Below are positions 51,742-63,601 of a DNA stretch of 64,000 nucleotides, piece after piece (the stretch's first letter is position 1; the number at the start of each line of letters is the position of its first letter). The notes under the pieces are model-generated. The model saw only the letters and a program-made list of their open reading frames with translations, ran no database searches and was not told the origin of the DNA. The position numbers and the translations under genes were made by a program. The DNA is from Octopus sinensis (Eukaryota). The stretch is from positions 10,850,001 through 10,914,000 of the forward strand of contig NC_043020.1 in the NCBI RefSeq assembly GCF_006345805.1, read 5' to 3'.

Positions 51742-52802
51742 CCCTTTCGTTACTGTATTTATTTTAAGATGCTCTGTGTTTCTTTCAATTACTTTAAATA
51801 TAACAAAGAATTTAGTACAGTAACTTAGTTATCATTCAGTTAGTGTTAGGAACATAAATTGGGACTAAGGTTTGGTGGAAGATTTTAATTCATAACTTTT
51901 GAAAACAAGACATCTGTACTTAGAGCCAGAGCCGGTTTCAGCCAGGTTGGTAACGAAAGGATTAAATATAACAAAGAATTTAGTACAATAACTTAGTAAT
52001 CATTCAGTTAGTGTTAGGAACATAAATTGGGACTAAGGTTTGGTGGAAGATTTTAATTCATAACTTTTGAAAACAAGACATCTGTACTTAGAGCCAGGGC
52101 CGGTTTCAGCCAGGTTGGTAACGAAAGGATTAAATATAACAAAGAATTTAGTACAGTAACTTAGTTATCATTCAGTTAGTGTTAGGAACATAAATTGGGA
52201 CTAAGGTTTGGTGGAAGATTTTAATTCATAACTTTTGAAAACAAGACATCTGTACTTAGAGCCAGAGCCGGTTTCAGCCAGGTTGGTAACGAAAGGATTA
52301 AATATAACAAAGAATTTAGTACAATAACTTAGTAATCATTCAGTTAGTGTTAGGAACATAAATTGGGACTAAGGTTTGGTGGAAGATTTTAATTCATAAC
52401 TTTTGAAAACAAGACATCTGTACTTAGAGCCAGGGCCGGTTTCAGCCAGGTTGGTAACGAAAGGATTAAATATAACAAAGAATTTAGTACAATAACTTAG
52501 TTATCATTCAGTTAGTGTTAGGAACATAAATTGGGACTAAGGTTTGGTGGAAGATTTTAATTCATAACTTTTGAAAACAAGACATCTGTACTTAGAGCCA
52601 GGGCCGGTTTCAGCCAGGTTGGTAACGAAAGGATTAAATATAACAAAGAATTTAGTACAATAACTTAGTTATCATTCAGTTAGTGTTAGGAACATAAATT
52701 GGGACTAAGGTTTGGTGGAAGATTTTAGTTCAAAACTTATGAAAACAAGACATTTGTACTACAGAGCCAGAGCTGGTTTCAGCTGGATTGGTAACGAAAG
52801 GG
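51742..52802 (+). repeat. piggyBac-like MITE whose internal 168-bp segment is amplified six times
   Basis: TTAA|CCCTTTCGTTAC start; units at about 51793, 51961, 52129, 52297, 52465, 52633; ends GTAACGAAAGGG; monomer at 53048-53262. Confidence 0.9.
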
Positions 52803-55439
52803 ATGATGAAGTTTCTTTTACTGAATTCTTCATTATTTTAAAAATTAATAGAAATACAGGCATTTCAACAAAATGGTTAATAATGACAAAATTACTTAAC
52901 TAAAATTCTTCTATACTGTTAGAATTAACTGAAACAAAAGTAGGGCATTTCAACTAAAATATGGTAAGAAATGGGTCAAGGGTCAAATTGGTCTAAATTA
53001 AAACCTTCCAATCAAATTTCATGTTAATTTATGTCCCAGACACTAGCTTAACCCTTTCGTTACTGTATTTATTTTGAGATGCTCTGTATTTCTTTCAATT
53101 ATTTTAAATATAACAAAGAATTTAGTGAAATAACTTAGTTATCATTAAGCTAATGTTAGGAATGTAAATTGTGACTAAGATTTTAATTCAAAACTTATGA
53201 AAACAAGATATTTGTACTCAGAGACAGAACCGGTTTCAGCCGGGTTGGTAATGAAAGGGTTAATGATTCAGTCCAATTATTAAAGTGTTGATATTTTTAT
53301 TCGTGATCTCCCACACTAAACTTCATATAAAATGGCCTTCAATTTATAGGGTCCATTTAGTGAGCACAGATCTCTGTTTCTGCAGAATTGCTGTTTTCTC
53401 TAGGTGATGCAATTATATTTTAAAAAATTAGGGGTTGAATTAAAACATGCCTATTAACAAGTTTCCTGTCCACTCTTCCAGTTTCTTGTCACAAATATCC
53501 CTTCCCTGTTTCTTGATGGCATTTGCCAATTTTAACTATTTCTTTTTAGAAATGAAATGGAAAAGAAAAGTTGTACTAGATGTATCTGTTTATGAGGCTG
53601 AAGTAAGGAAACGACCATTCTCACCAATGCTGCTAAGTAACATAACAAAACTCACAACCACAATTCAAAACAATAAATTACTAAATAACTAAAAAATTTG
53701 AGAAGCATTTCGCCATTATAGGTATTTATACTTAGGTGAAATTAAGAAATCAACTCGTAAATAAACGAAACCCTCAACTCTATCACTGTACAGACACACA
53801 TACAGTTGCATATCTATGTATGTATAATCAAACCAAATTTTCATCATTTTGAGCCACTCACCCAATAAGTATTGCTGCCAAATTTGGTGAAAATCAGTTC
53901 GGCCATTTCCCAGTAATTTTGCAAACACACAGACAATCAAACACGGGTAATTACAATACTCTGCCTTTGCTTATGCACGCAAGGTAATAATGATAATAAT
54001 AATTTTTTCTTTACTACCCACAAGGGGCTAACCATAGAGGAGACAAACAAGGACAGACAAAGGGATTAAGTCAATTATCGACCCCAGTGCGAAACTGGTA
54101 CTTTATTTATCGACCCCAAAAGGATGAAAGGCAAAGTCGACCTCGGTAGAATTTGAACTCAGAACATAGCTGCAGACGAAATACCTATTTCTTTACTACC
54201 CACAAGGGGCTAAACATAGAGGGGACAAACAAGGACAGACAAAGGGATTAAGTCGATTACATCGACCCCAGTGCGAGACTGTTTTCTCTCAAGAGCTTCT
54301 CTTTTATCATAAAATATCTTGTGAATAAGAGATTCTTTGGAATTCTTAATTTCTGTTATCAGTTTTAATCATTGCTCTGTCTGTTATGTTGAAGCACTTT
54401 TTCTGGGGAGCTTCAGTTGATTATATTGAACTCTTTGCACTTTGCTACTTTTCGAGCTGTTCTTATCAGGTATAAAAACATAGACAGCGTTGATACAAAA
54501 GGGAGATTACTCATTTGGATATGAACAGTGCAGACTATTTCTGCATGAATACACCACTCCTTACACACATAAAAATATTTCTGCATAACATACCAATCAT
54601 CATCATCATCATATTTTTTAATAAACAACTCCATGTTTGGTGACATCCCGTTTTTACTCTACTCTGTAGCTGGCAGAAACGTTAGCACACCGGGCAAAAT
54701 GCTTAGCGGTATTTCGTCTTTGTTACGTTCTGAGTTCAAATTCTACCGAGGTCGACTTTGCCTTTCATCCTTTCGGGATTAAATAAGTACCAGTTACACA
54801 CTGAGGTCGATATAATCGACTTAATTCGTCTGTCTGTCCTTGTTTGTCCCTTCTGTGTTTAGCCCCTTGTGGGTAGTAAAGAAATAGGTATTTTGTCTGC
54901 CGCTATGTTCTGAGTTCAAATTCCGCCGAGGTCGACTTTGTCTTTCATCCTTTCGGAGTCGATTAAATAAGTACCAGTTACACACTGTCCTTCTTTGTCT
55001 CCTCTATGTTTAGCCCCTTGTGGGTAGTAAAGAAAAAATTATTATTATCATAATTATTCTTATTATTATTATCATTATTATTATTCTTATTATTATTATC
55101 ATTATTATTATTCTTATTATTATCATTATTATTCTTATTATTATTATCATTATTATTATTCTTATTATTATCATTATTATTCTTATTATTATTATCATTA
55201 TTATTATTCTTATTATTATCATTATTATTCTTATTATTATTATCATTATTACCTTGCATGCATAAGCAAAGGCAGAGTATTGTAATGACTTGTCTTTGAT
55301 TGTCTGTGTGTTTGCAAAATTACTGGAAAATGGCTGAACTGATTTTCACCAAATTTGGCAGCAATATTCATTGGGTGAGTGGCTCAAAATGATGAAAATT
55401 TGGTTTGATTATTTTCAAACATACATAAATGCATACAAT

Positions 55440-55822
55440 TTAACGATGATGATTTATGTGTAAACTGGTGATAGACAAATAACTTGTACTGTTGCTGATA
55501 AACTTTGCCATGTTCATCTTCAAAACAATTGTATCATTTGCTTTGAATTGGTAAGTAAACGATGATTGCATTACGACATGTTCTGGTGTATTTTTTAAGG
55601 CATTTGAACTTTTTTTTATAGATTTATATTTTGGTCCATTCATTCTTTGAAAGATCAAGGATACAGTTACTGAAGGAGTATCTTCCGGAATGTACAATTG
55701 CACGGCACAGCCTATTTGGTAAATCCCATCTTGTGGCACATATATGCAGGTTTCATTAACCAAATGAAAGTTGCCGACATCCTGGCTCTCATCTTTGAGC
55801 CAATGTAAATCAGTGACACCCT
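55440..55822 (-). CDS. TNF-like gene 3, terminal THD exon (EGVTDLHWLKDESQDVGNFHLVNETCIYVPQDGIYQIGCAVQL...SYLSITSLHINHHR*)
   Basis: ctttttcag acceptor before 55822; open to stop at 55440; about half of residues identical to gene 1 by hand alignment. Confidence 0.85.
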
Positions 55823-56914
55823 CTGAAAAAGAAGGAATAATATTACTATAAATAATAATAGTGGAAGGATTTCCAACATAGATTCAGAAGAAATTGCAAA
55901 ACCACTGTATGTATGTATGTGTGTGTGTATGTATGTATGTATGTATGTGTGTGTGTTTGTGTATATGTATGTATGTGTGCATATATGTATGTACGTATGT
56001 ATGTATGTATGCATGTATGTATGCATGTATGTATGCATGTGTGTATGCATGTGTGTATGTATGTATGTATGCATGTATGTATGTGTATGCATGTGTGTAT
56101 GTGTGCATACATGTATTTATGTAAGTATGTATGCATGTATGTATGTATGTATGCATACATGTATGCATATATGTATGTATGTATGCATGTATGTATGCAT
56201 GTATGTATGCATGTGTGTATGTATGTATGTATGTATGTATGTATGCATGTATGTATGCATGTATGTATGTATGTGTGTATGTAGGTATGTATGTGTGCAT
56301 ACATGTATGTATGTATGTGTGCATACATGTATGTATGTATGTATGTTTGCCAGAGTAAGCACATAAATGTGAAACAAAGTGGGAAAAACAGTACTCGATT
56401 ACCAGAGGTAGAGTAATATGCTTTATTGATGAAGCTGTCCAACAAACAGGTATGTGAAACTCTGAGTAACAGTTTCTGCATGGGGCAAAGCATCACTGGT
56501 ATTTATTTCCCCTTAGTACTGTAGGAGAAGGAAAGATCCAGAGAAGGGAAGACAGAGGAAAAAAAAATCGCCAACGGTACACACGAGGTCATATATAAAT
56601 ATACATATATATACATATACACGACGGTCTTCTTTTAGTTTCCTTCTACCAAATCCACTCAAGGCTTTGGTCGGCCGAGGCTATAGTAGAAGACACTTGC
56701 CCAAGGTGCCACGCAGTGGGACTGAACCCAGAACTATGTGGTTGATAAGCCTCTTGTACTAGTATACAAACTTCATCATTATCTAAATTGTAACATTCTT
56801 TCTAAATTTTATGAATTTTCTAAACAATAGCTTAAAAATGAACAAAACCTTTTAATAAATTTTTCGTTTTTAAAAAATTAATTGGAAAAAAGATTATTTC
56901 AAAAGAAATAAGAT

Positions 56915-57680
56915 ACAGAAAGGTTAAGTAATATCCTCCCAAAGAACCTGAGAGACCTGCATGGGGTGGATGCAGATGTCTTTAAAATAAAACTGGATCT
57001 CTTCCTGTCAGGGGTCCCAGATGAACCAACTTCTCGGCAGGAGGTGCAGATGAGGGCAGCTGCATCAAACTCTCTCATGCACCAAATGGCAATTGCGAAA
57101 AAGCATTCGTGAAGTAAAATCATGTAGCAACACCAAATGGTGGTGCCCCAGCATGGCCACAGCTCATGAGCTGAAAGGTTAAGTAATATCCTCCCGAAGA
57201 ACCTGAGAGACCTGCATGGGGTGGATGCAGATGTCTTTAAAATAAAACTGGATCTCTTCCTGTCAGGTGTCCCAGATGAACCAACTTCACGGCAGGAGGT
57301 GCAGATGAGGGCAGCTGCATCGAACTCTCTCATGCACCAAATGGCAATTGCTAAAAAGCATTCGTGAAGTAAAATCATGTAGCAACACCAAATGGCGGTG
57401 TGCCCCAGCATGGCCACAGCTCGTGAGCTGAAACTAGATAAAATAAAATAGAAATAAAATAAATTTCATCGAAACACAATTCCGTGGGCTTTCTCAGCAA
57501 AATAAAGTTACAAAAACTTTCGTGTTCCAGGGGATCAAGTTTTTGCAAAAAGAGCCTTATCTTCCTTTCACTAGAAAGCATTCGTGAAGTAAAATCATGT
57601 AGCAACACCAAATGGCGGTGCCCCAGCATGGCCACAGCTCATGAGCTGAAACTAGATAAAATAAATAAAATAAAATAAAA
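56915..57680 (+). mobile_element. LINE 3' end (CR1/L2-like), tandemly duplicated, with (TAAAA)n tails
   Basis: Plus frame gives KIKLDLFLSGVPDEPTSRQEVQMRAAASNSL; two ~240-bp copies; tail CCCCAGCATGGCCACAGCTCATGAGCTGAAACTAGA(TAAAA)n; tail fragment also near 60810-60850. Confidence 0.65.
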
Positions 57681-57731
57681 AATACAAATTATAAGAAATA
57701 GTGTGCAATAACTCTGTATAAATGAACTTAC

Positions 57732-57779
57732 CCATCTCGGTGTAACCCTCTGTTTTCAGGTGGAAGAAGGCATGGTGAG
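57732..57779 (-). CDS. TNF-like gene 3, 48-nt exon: (S)HHAFFHLKTEGYTEM+G
   Basis: atctttcag acceptor, gtaagt donor, phase 1/1, paralogous to 5791-5838. Confidence 0.85.
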
Positions 57780-57920
57780 CTGAAAGATAAGAAGAGAGAA
57801 AACAGATGGTGAAAAAGATATATTTTAATACAGGTTCAATATCAAACAGAAGACTGTTCAGAGAAAAGGGCACTTTCTGATGTATTTCACAAATTTAATA
57901 TTCCAGATTATTATCTAATA

Positions 57921-58227
57921 CTAGCAGTATCGCCTGGCGTTGCTCAGGTTTGTAAGAGAAATAACTATATAAGCATTTTTAGAGAGTTACTTCCCTTATA
58001 TAACCCGAGCAAAAATCATAAAAAATGTGGAAAAATGATGGTAAATTTTTTTTTAAATCGTAGACTCATCGTAGACATGCACTAATACCCAGAAGGGCTC
58101 GATATGAATGACGACTATAAGATACCCACTTTTGGTTAAACTGCACCGCAAAATGTGGGAGTAGTTAGGAATCTAAATCGGAGGAGACAGAGTCTCACAC
58201 ACACAACTTCAATTTTATATGTAAAGA
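57921..58227 (-). mobile_element. Non-autonomous Helitron (307 bp)
   Basis: Minus strand A|TCTTTACATATAAAA...GC-rich hairpin...CTAG|T, no TSD; absent from the alignable gene 2 intron position near 23510. Confidence 0.8.
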
Positions 58228-58793
58228 TATAACTATACAGTATATTAACTGTTTCACAATCATCATTAACCATAATGAAAAATGATCTACATGGAGAACA
58301 AGTATTAAACCCTTTAGCATTCAAACCGGCCGTATCCGGCCAAAATATCCTCCCTTGTTTTATGTTCAAATTGGCTAGATCTGGCTTCTCACACCAGCCT
58401 GACTATATAATTCTAAAAATGAATAGTTACTTCATCAAAACCTCAAAGCTACAAGATAAATGCTGGATTAATTTAAAACAATGCAAATAAATAAGCATTA
58501 CTTTTGGCAGAATACCGTGAATACTAAAGGGTTAACCATTAACGAAAAGAGAGCCAAGACTATATAAGCATCCTTATATTACACCCATCGCACAGTAGTT
58601 TCATGAGCTTTAACATGGTCAGTTGTACAGTAGTAATGCCTTGCTAGGACTGATAATACAATTCTAGTAAACGTGTGGTCCAGTTAATTATTGTGGATAT
58701 TCCTTTCATGTATTTAATGATGTGGGTATTTTTACCATTTATTTCTGTAGTATGTCTGATATTTTTCAAGTTGCCTATTTTAAGACTGTAATG

Positions 58794-59482
58794 CAATGGT
58801 TCCCAAACTTTTTAGAGTCGCGAACCACTATTTATCACACCAGTTTATGACGACCCACTTAACTCTACTGAGTATCTCGATAGCAGTGCTTTTCAACCTT
58901 TTTTGCTGGAGCGGAACCCCAAGGAAGCATTCCACTGGCTCGAGGAACCCCTGAGCAATAATTTAATAGTCTTCTGCACACATATCTGCACAGGAGAATT
59001 AAAAATTACTGCCGATTTTAGCAGTTTTGTAACTTCTTGTGGAACCCCTGGACTATGCTGGCGGAACCCTAAGGTTCTGCGGAACCCTGGTTGAAAACCA
59101 CTGTATTAATGTGTGTGTCTGTATGTCTTTGCATTGATTTAGATATAACGGTGCTTTTCAACTTTTTTGCTGGAGCGGAACCCCAAGGAAGCATTCCACT
59201 GGCTCGAGGAACCCCTGAGCAATAATTTAATAGTCTTATGCACACATATCTGCACAGGAGAATTAAAAATTACTGCCGATTTTAGCAGTTTTGTAACTTC
59301 TTGCGGAACCCCTGGACTGTACTGGCGGAACCCTAACGTTCCGCGGAACCCTGGTTGAAAACCACTGCTCTATAGACAGCAGTTAATCAAAGCTAATGCG
59401 TAATTTTATAACTTTTTGCGACCCACTAAGATTCTGTTCGCGACCCGTCTGTGGGTTGCGAGTCATAGTTTGGGAACCACTG
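58794..59482. mobile_element. hAT MITE with the composite hAT element (58884-59367) nested inside
   Basis: Outer CAATGGTTCCCAAAC...GTTTGGGAACCACTG with TSD CTGTAATG (58786-58793, 59483-59490); inner near-TSD ctcgatag / ctctatag. Confidence 0.85.
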
Positions 59483-60191
59483 CTGTAATGTATTGAGGAC
59501 ATGTTTAGTGATTTCATTACTAGGTGCAATGGCCCAGTGGGTAGGGCAGCGGACTCGTGGTCATAGGATCGCGGTTTCGATTCCCAGACCGGGCGTTGTG
59601 AGTGTTTATTGAGCGAAAACACCTAAAGCTCCATGAGGCTCCGGCAGGGGATGGTGGTGATCCCTGCTGTACTCTTTCACTACAACTTTCTCTCACTCTT
59701 ACTTCCTGTTTCTGTTGTACCTGTATTTCAAAGAGCCGGCCTTGTCACTCTCTGTGTCACGCTGAATATCCCCGAGAACTACGTTAAGGGTACACGTGTC
59801 TGTGGAGTGCTCAGCCACTTACACGTTAATTTCACGAGCAGGCTGTTCCGTTGATTCAGATCAACCGGAACCCTCGTCGTCATAACCGACGGAGTGCTTC
59901 CACATAAAGTCAAAACGTATTAAAAAATAGAGGTATTTATATATTTTAGCTTATAAGTATAATTTAAACTCTTTTACTTGTTTCAGTCATTTGACTGTGG
60001 CCATGCTCAAGCATCGCTTTTAGTCAAGCAAATCGACCCCGGGACTTTCCGTTGATTCGGATCAACCGGAACCCTCGTCGTCGTAACCGACGGAGTGCTT
60101 CCATCCAGTGATTTCATTAATGTTACAATATATTACAGAGTCAAGATAATTTTATTGAGACATGGAAGGTGGAACGGTGGAAGTAACTTAC

Positions 60192-60222
60192 ATCGTGGAG
60201 GTGGCTGTTGCTTATTGTCCTT
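60192..60222 (-). CDS. TNF-like gene 3, short stalk exon (31 nt): KDNKQQPPPR+T
   Basis: ctgttttag acceptor, gtaagt donor, phase 0/1, joins in frame to the 57779 exon; flanks resemble those of 2370 and 24495 exons. Confidence 0.7.
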
Positions 60223-60536
60223 CTAAAACAGAAAGAAAAGAAGGTGAGAAAAGGAAAATTAACACAACATGGTGACTGATGCTTTTTACCTTCATCATAT
60301 TATTGTCACCTTTATATGTATGTATACTCTTTTACTCTTTTACTTGTCTCAGTCATTTGACTGCGGCCATGCTGGAGCACCGCCTATTAGTCGAGCAAAT
60401 CGACCATAGGACTTATTCTTTGTAAGCCCAGTACTTATTCTATCGGTCTCTTTTGCAGAACCGCTAAGTGACAGGGACGTAAACACACCAGCATCGGTTG
60501 TCAAGCAATGCTAGGGGGACAAACACAGACATACAA

Positions 60537-60569
<33 letters not shown>

Positions 60570-60758
60570 CATATATACGACAGGCTTCTTTCAGTTTCCG
60601 TCTACCAAATCCACTCACAAGGGATTGGTCGGCCCGGGGCTATAGCAGAAGACACTTTCCCAAGATGCCACGCAGTGGGACTGAACCCGGAACTATGTCG
60701 TTGGTTAGCAAGCTACTTACCACACAGCCACTCCTGCGCCTATGTATGTATATATGTA

Positions 60759-60791
<33 letters not shown>

Positions 60792-62394
60792 AACAACACC
60801 AAACAGCAGTGCCCCAGCATGGCCACAGCTCGTGAGCTGAAACTAGATATAAAAAAATATTTATATGTATATACATTATTTATATTTGATGGATATTTGT
60901 CCTCATCTTGTTAACAACGTTTCTGCTGATATACCCTCCAGCCTTCATTAGGTATATAAGACAAAAATTTTGAATCAGGGTTCTCATTCCTAAGATATAT
61001 TTTAGATATTATTATTATTATTCTGGCCACTGCCTGGAATCAAACTCGGAATCTTAACCACTACGCCATATGCCTGAAGGTATATGGCATGGTGGTTATG
61101 TCCGTCAAATGTAAATAATGTACATAATTTCTCATCTCTTATATATAGAACTGTAATTAGTGACCGAGACCTTTGGAAATATGCCATGCGGGAGAAGACC
61201 CGGCAAGCCAAATGAAACCATAATCTCATGGCCTATGCCAGGGACATAACCAGCCCACTTATGCGAAACCTTTTCCTTCTTTGACTCTAAAACTCTGCTT
61301 GCGAAGACCTGTTGAGGCAAGTGAAATCAAATCAATGAAATCAATTCAATCAAAGGCAAAATCAATTCGATGACTGATGTCCGTGCTAGCGGGGTGCAAA
61401 GAGCACCATATGAACGTGATTATTGACAGAGTGGCTAACCGGCTTCCGTGCCAGTGGCACTCAAAGGACACCATTCGAGCGTGATCGTTACCAGCGTCGC
61501 CTTACTGGCACTTGTGCCCGTGCTAGTAGGGTGCCAAGAGCACCATCCGAGCGTGATCATCGCCAGAGCAGCCAACTGGCTTCCATGCCAGTGGCACATA
61601 AAAGAGCACCATTCGAGCGTGATCGTTACCAAAGTCGCCTTACTGGCACCTGTGCTTGTGGCATGTGTAAAAGGATTCGAGCGAGGTCCTTGCCAGTACC
61701 ACCTGACTGGCACGTAAAAAGCACCCACTACACTCTCGGAGTGGTTGGCGTTAGGAAGGGCATCCAGCTGTAGAAACTCTGCCAGATCAAGATTGAAGCC
61801 TGGTGCAGCCATCTGGTTCGTCAGCCCTCAGTCAAAATTGTCCAACCCATGCTAGCTTGGAAAGTGGACGTTAAACGATGATGATGATGATAATGATATA
61901 CATACATATATATACATACATACACACACACATATATATATATACATATATACACACACATATATATATATATTCATGTGTGTATATATATATATATATA
62001 CATACACACACACACACATATATATAGAGAGAGAGGGAGAGGGAGAGAGACAGACAGACAAACAGAGAGACAGACAGAGAGAAAGACAGAGAGAGAGAGA
62101 GAAAAAGAGAGAGAGACAGAGAGAGAGATGTGTAACGGAGCTAATTGAATAGTAGACAATATGATAATTTAGCAGTGGTTACGATAATTAGTTGTTGTTA
62201 TTTTGGTTGCATACTTTAGGATGTGAATGTATAAAGTTTTAAGGAAATATTTATTTACGTTACGTTACAGTACCTTGCCTGGACGGGCAGGTTAATAATA
62301 AATCCAAAAGCATGCGATGGATAGATGCTGTAGAATATTTGTATTTAGGTTCTCTTCCTTGTTAGTAGTAATTGCTGAGACAGATAGAATGTTG

Positions 62395-62812
62395 GGATCT
62401 TTTCGGTTTGAACGGCAGATTTTAAAAATAATTTCCACGTAACTAAACACTTTTAAACTTCGTATACTGGTAGAATGTGTTTATAAAACATCTTTTTCTC
62501 TTGGCTTTATTGAGAAAATTCTATGGTTTGTAAGATATTTGTTGTTTTTTTCTTCAATTTCTGCAATTTCAACCAATCAATGACGTCTATTGTGTTAAAA
62601 AGCATTCTGTGCCGTATGAATGTGTCCCTCGTTTAAGAAACAGATTGGGTTCATTTACATTTCTGAAGAAAAACAGATACCTTTCCCCCTTCCCCCCACC
62701 CCTAACCCTAAAACAGATTGAAATGCAATAGATCGATTCTAGGGTCATAATTATGGGTGACCATTTCATATGACACCGATAGAAAAAACTGCCGTTCAAA
62801 CCGAAAAGTTCC
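62395..62812. mobile_element. Merlin-like MITE with internal CCCTAA repeats
   Basis: GG...CC ends and TSD GAATGTTG at 62387-62394 and 62813-62820. Confidence 0.8.
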
Positions 62813-63481
62813 GAATGTTGTTGTAAGAGACAGAATTAGAGCTAGAGAAAATTGTTAGGGGTTGTCTCACCGTTGTAGCTGGTCAGCCAGACTACGTTCT
62901 CCCTGAGTTGTCACCGAGTGGTAATTAACTTGGCCGAGTTGTCACCCGGCTGGTGACTAACTGAATTTTGCTTGGGGGTGTACTTGCTTATATAAAGATC
63001 CAGAAGGATAGATATATCGTTGAGAACACTAGATTTAGTTGGTGGTCTTGTTATCTCTCTTCTGTTTTTTGGTGAAGTAGAAGAGGTTAGAAGGGTCAAG
63101 TGGTGAAGATATTGTTTTCGTCGGCCTAGCTAAAGTCATCTGGAAAATGTAATAACTGCTGTCAGAGAACAACCATAGTTCCATCGTGGGAAAAGTTCTG
63201 TAGAGTGTCGATTTAAATTTGGCTATGGTGGATCGAACACACTTCATGCAAGATTCGCTACATATGTATACATATATATACAGATGTATGTATGTATGTA
63301 ATATATTATATATAATATATATATATTATATATATATGAGAGAGAGAGAGAGAGAAGAGAGATGTATCATATATACAAATATATGTATGTATGTATATAT
63401 ATATATATATATATTATATATATGAGAGAGAGAGAGAGAGACGTATACATATATATCCAGATATATGTATGTATGTATATT

Positions 63482-63533
<52 letters not shown>

Positions 63534-63565
63534 CGTATACATATATATATCCAGATATATGTATG

Positions 63566-63601
<36 letters not shown>

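Noticed and set aside
62260-63250. Candidate first (TM) exon of gene 3, including ORFs 62911-63099 and 63035-63247
   Set aside because: No long hydrophobic run ending at a phase-0 donor was found; the exon probably lies beyond 64000.
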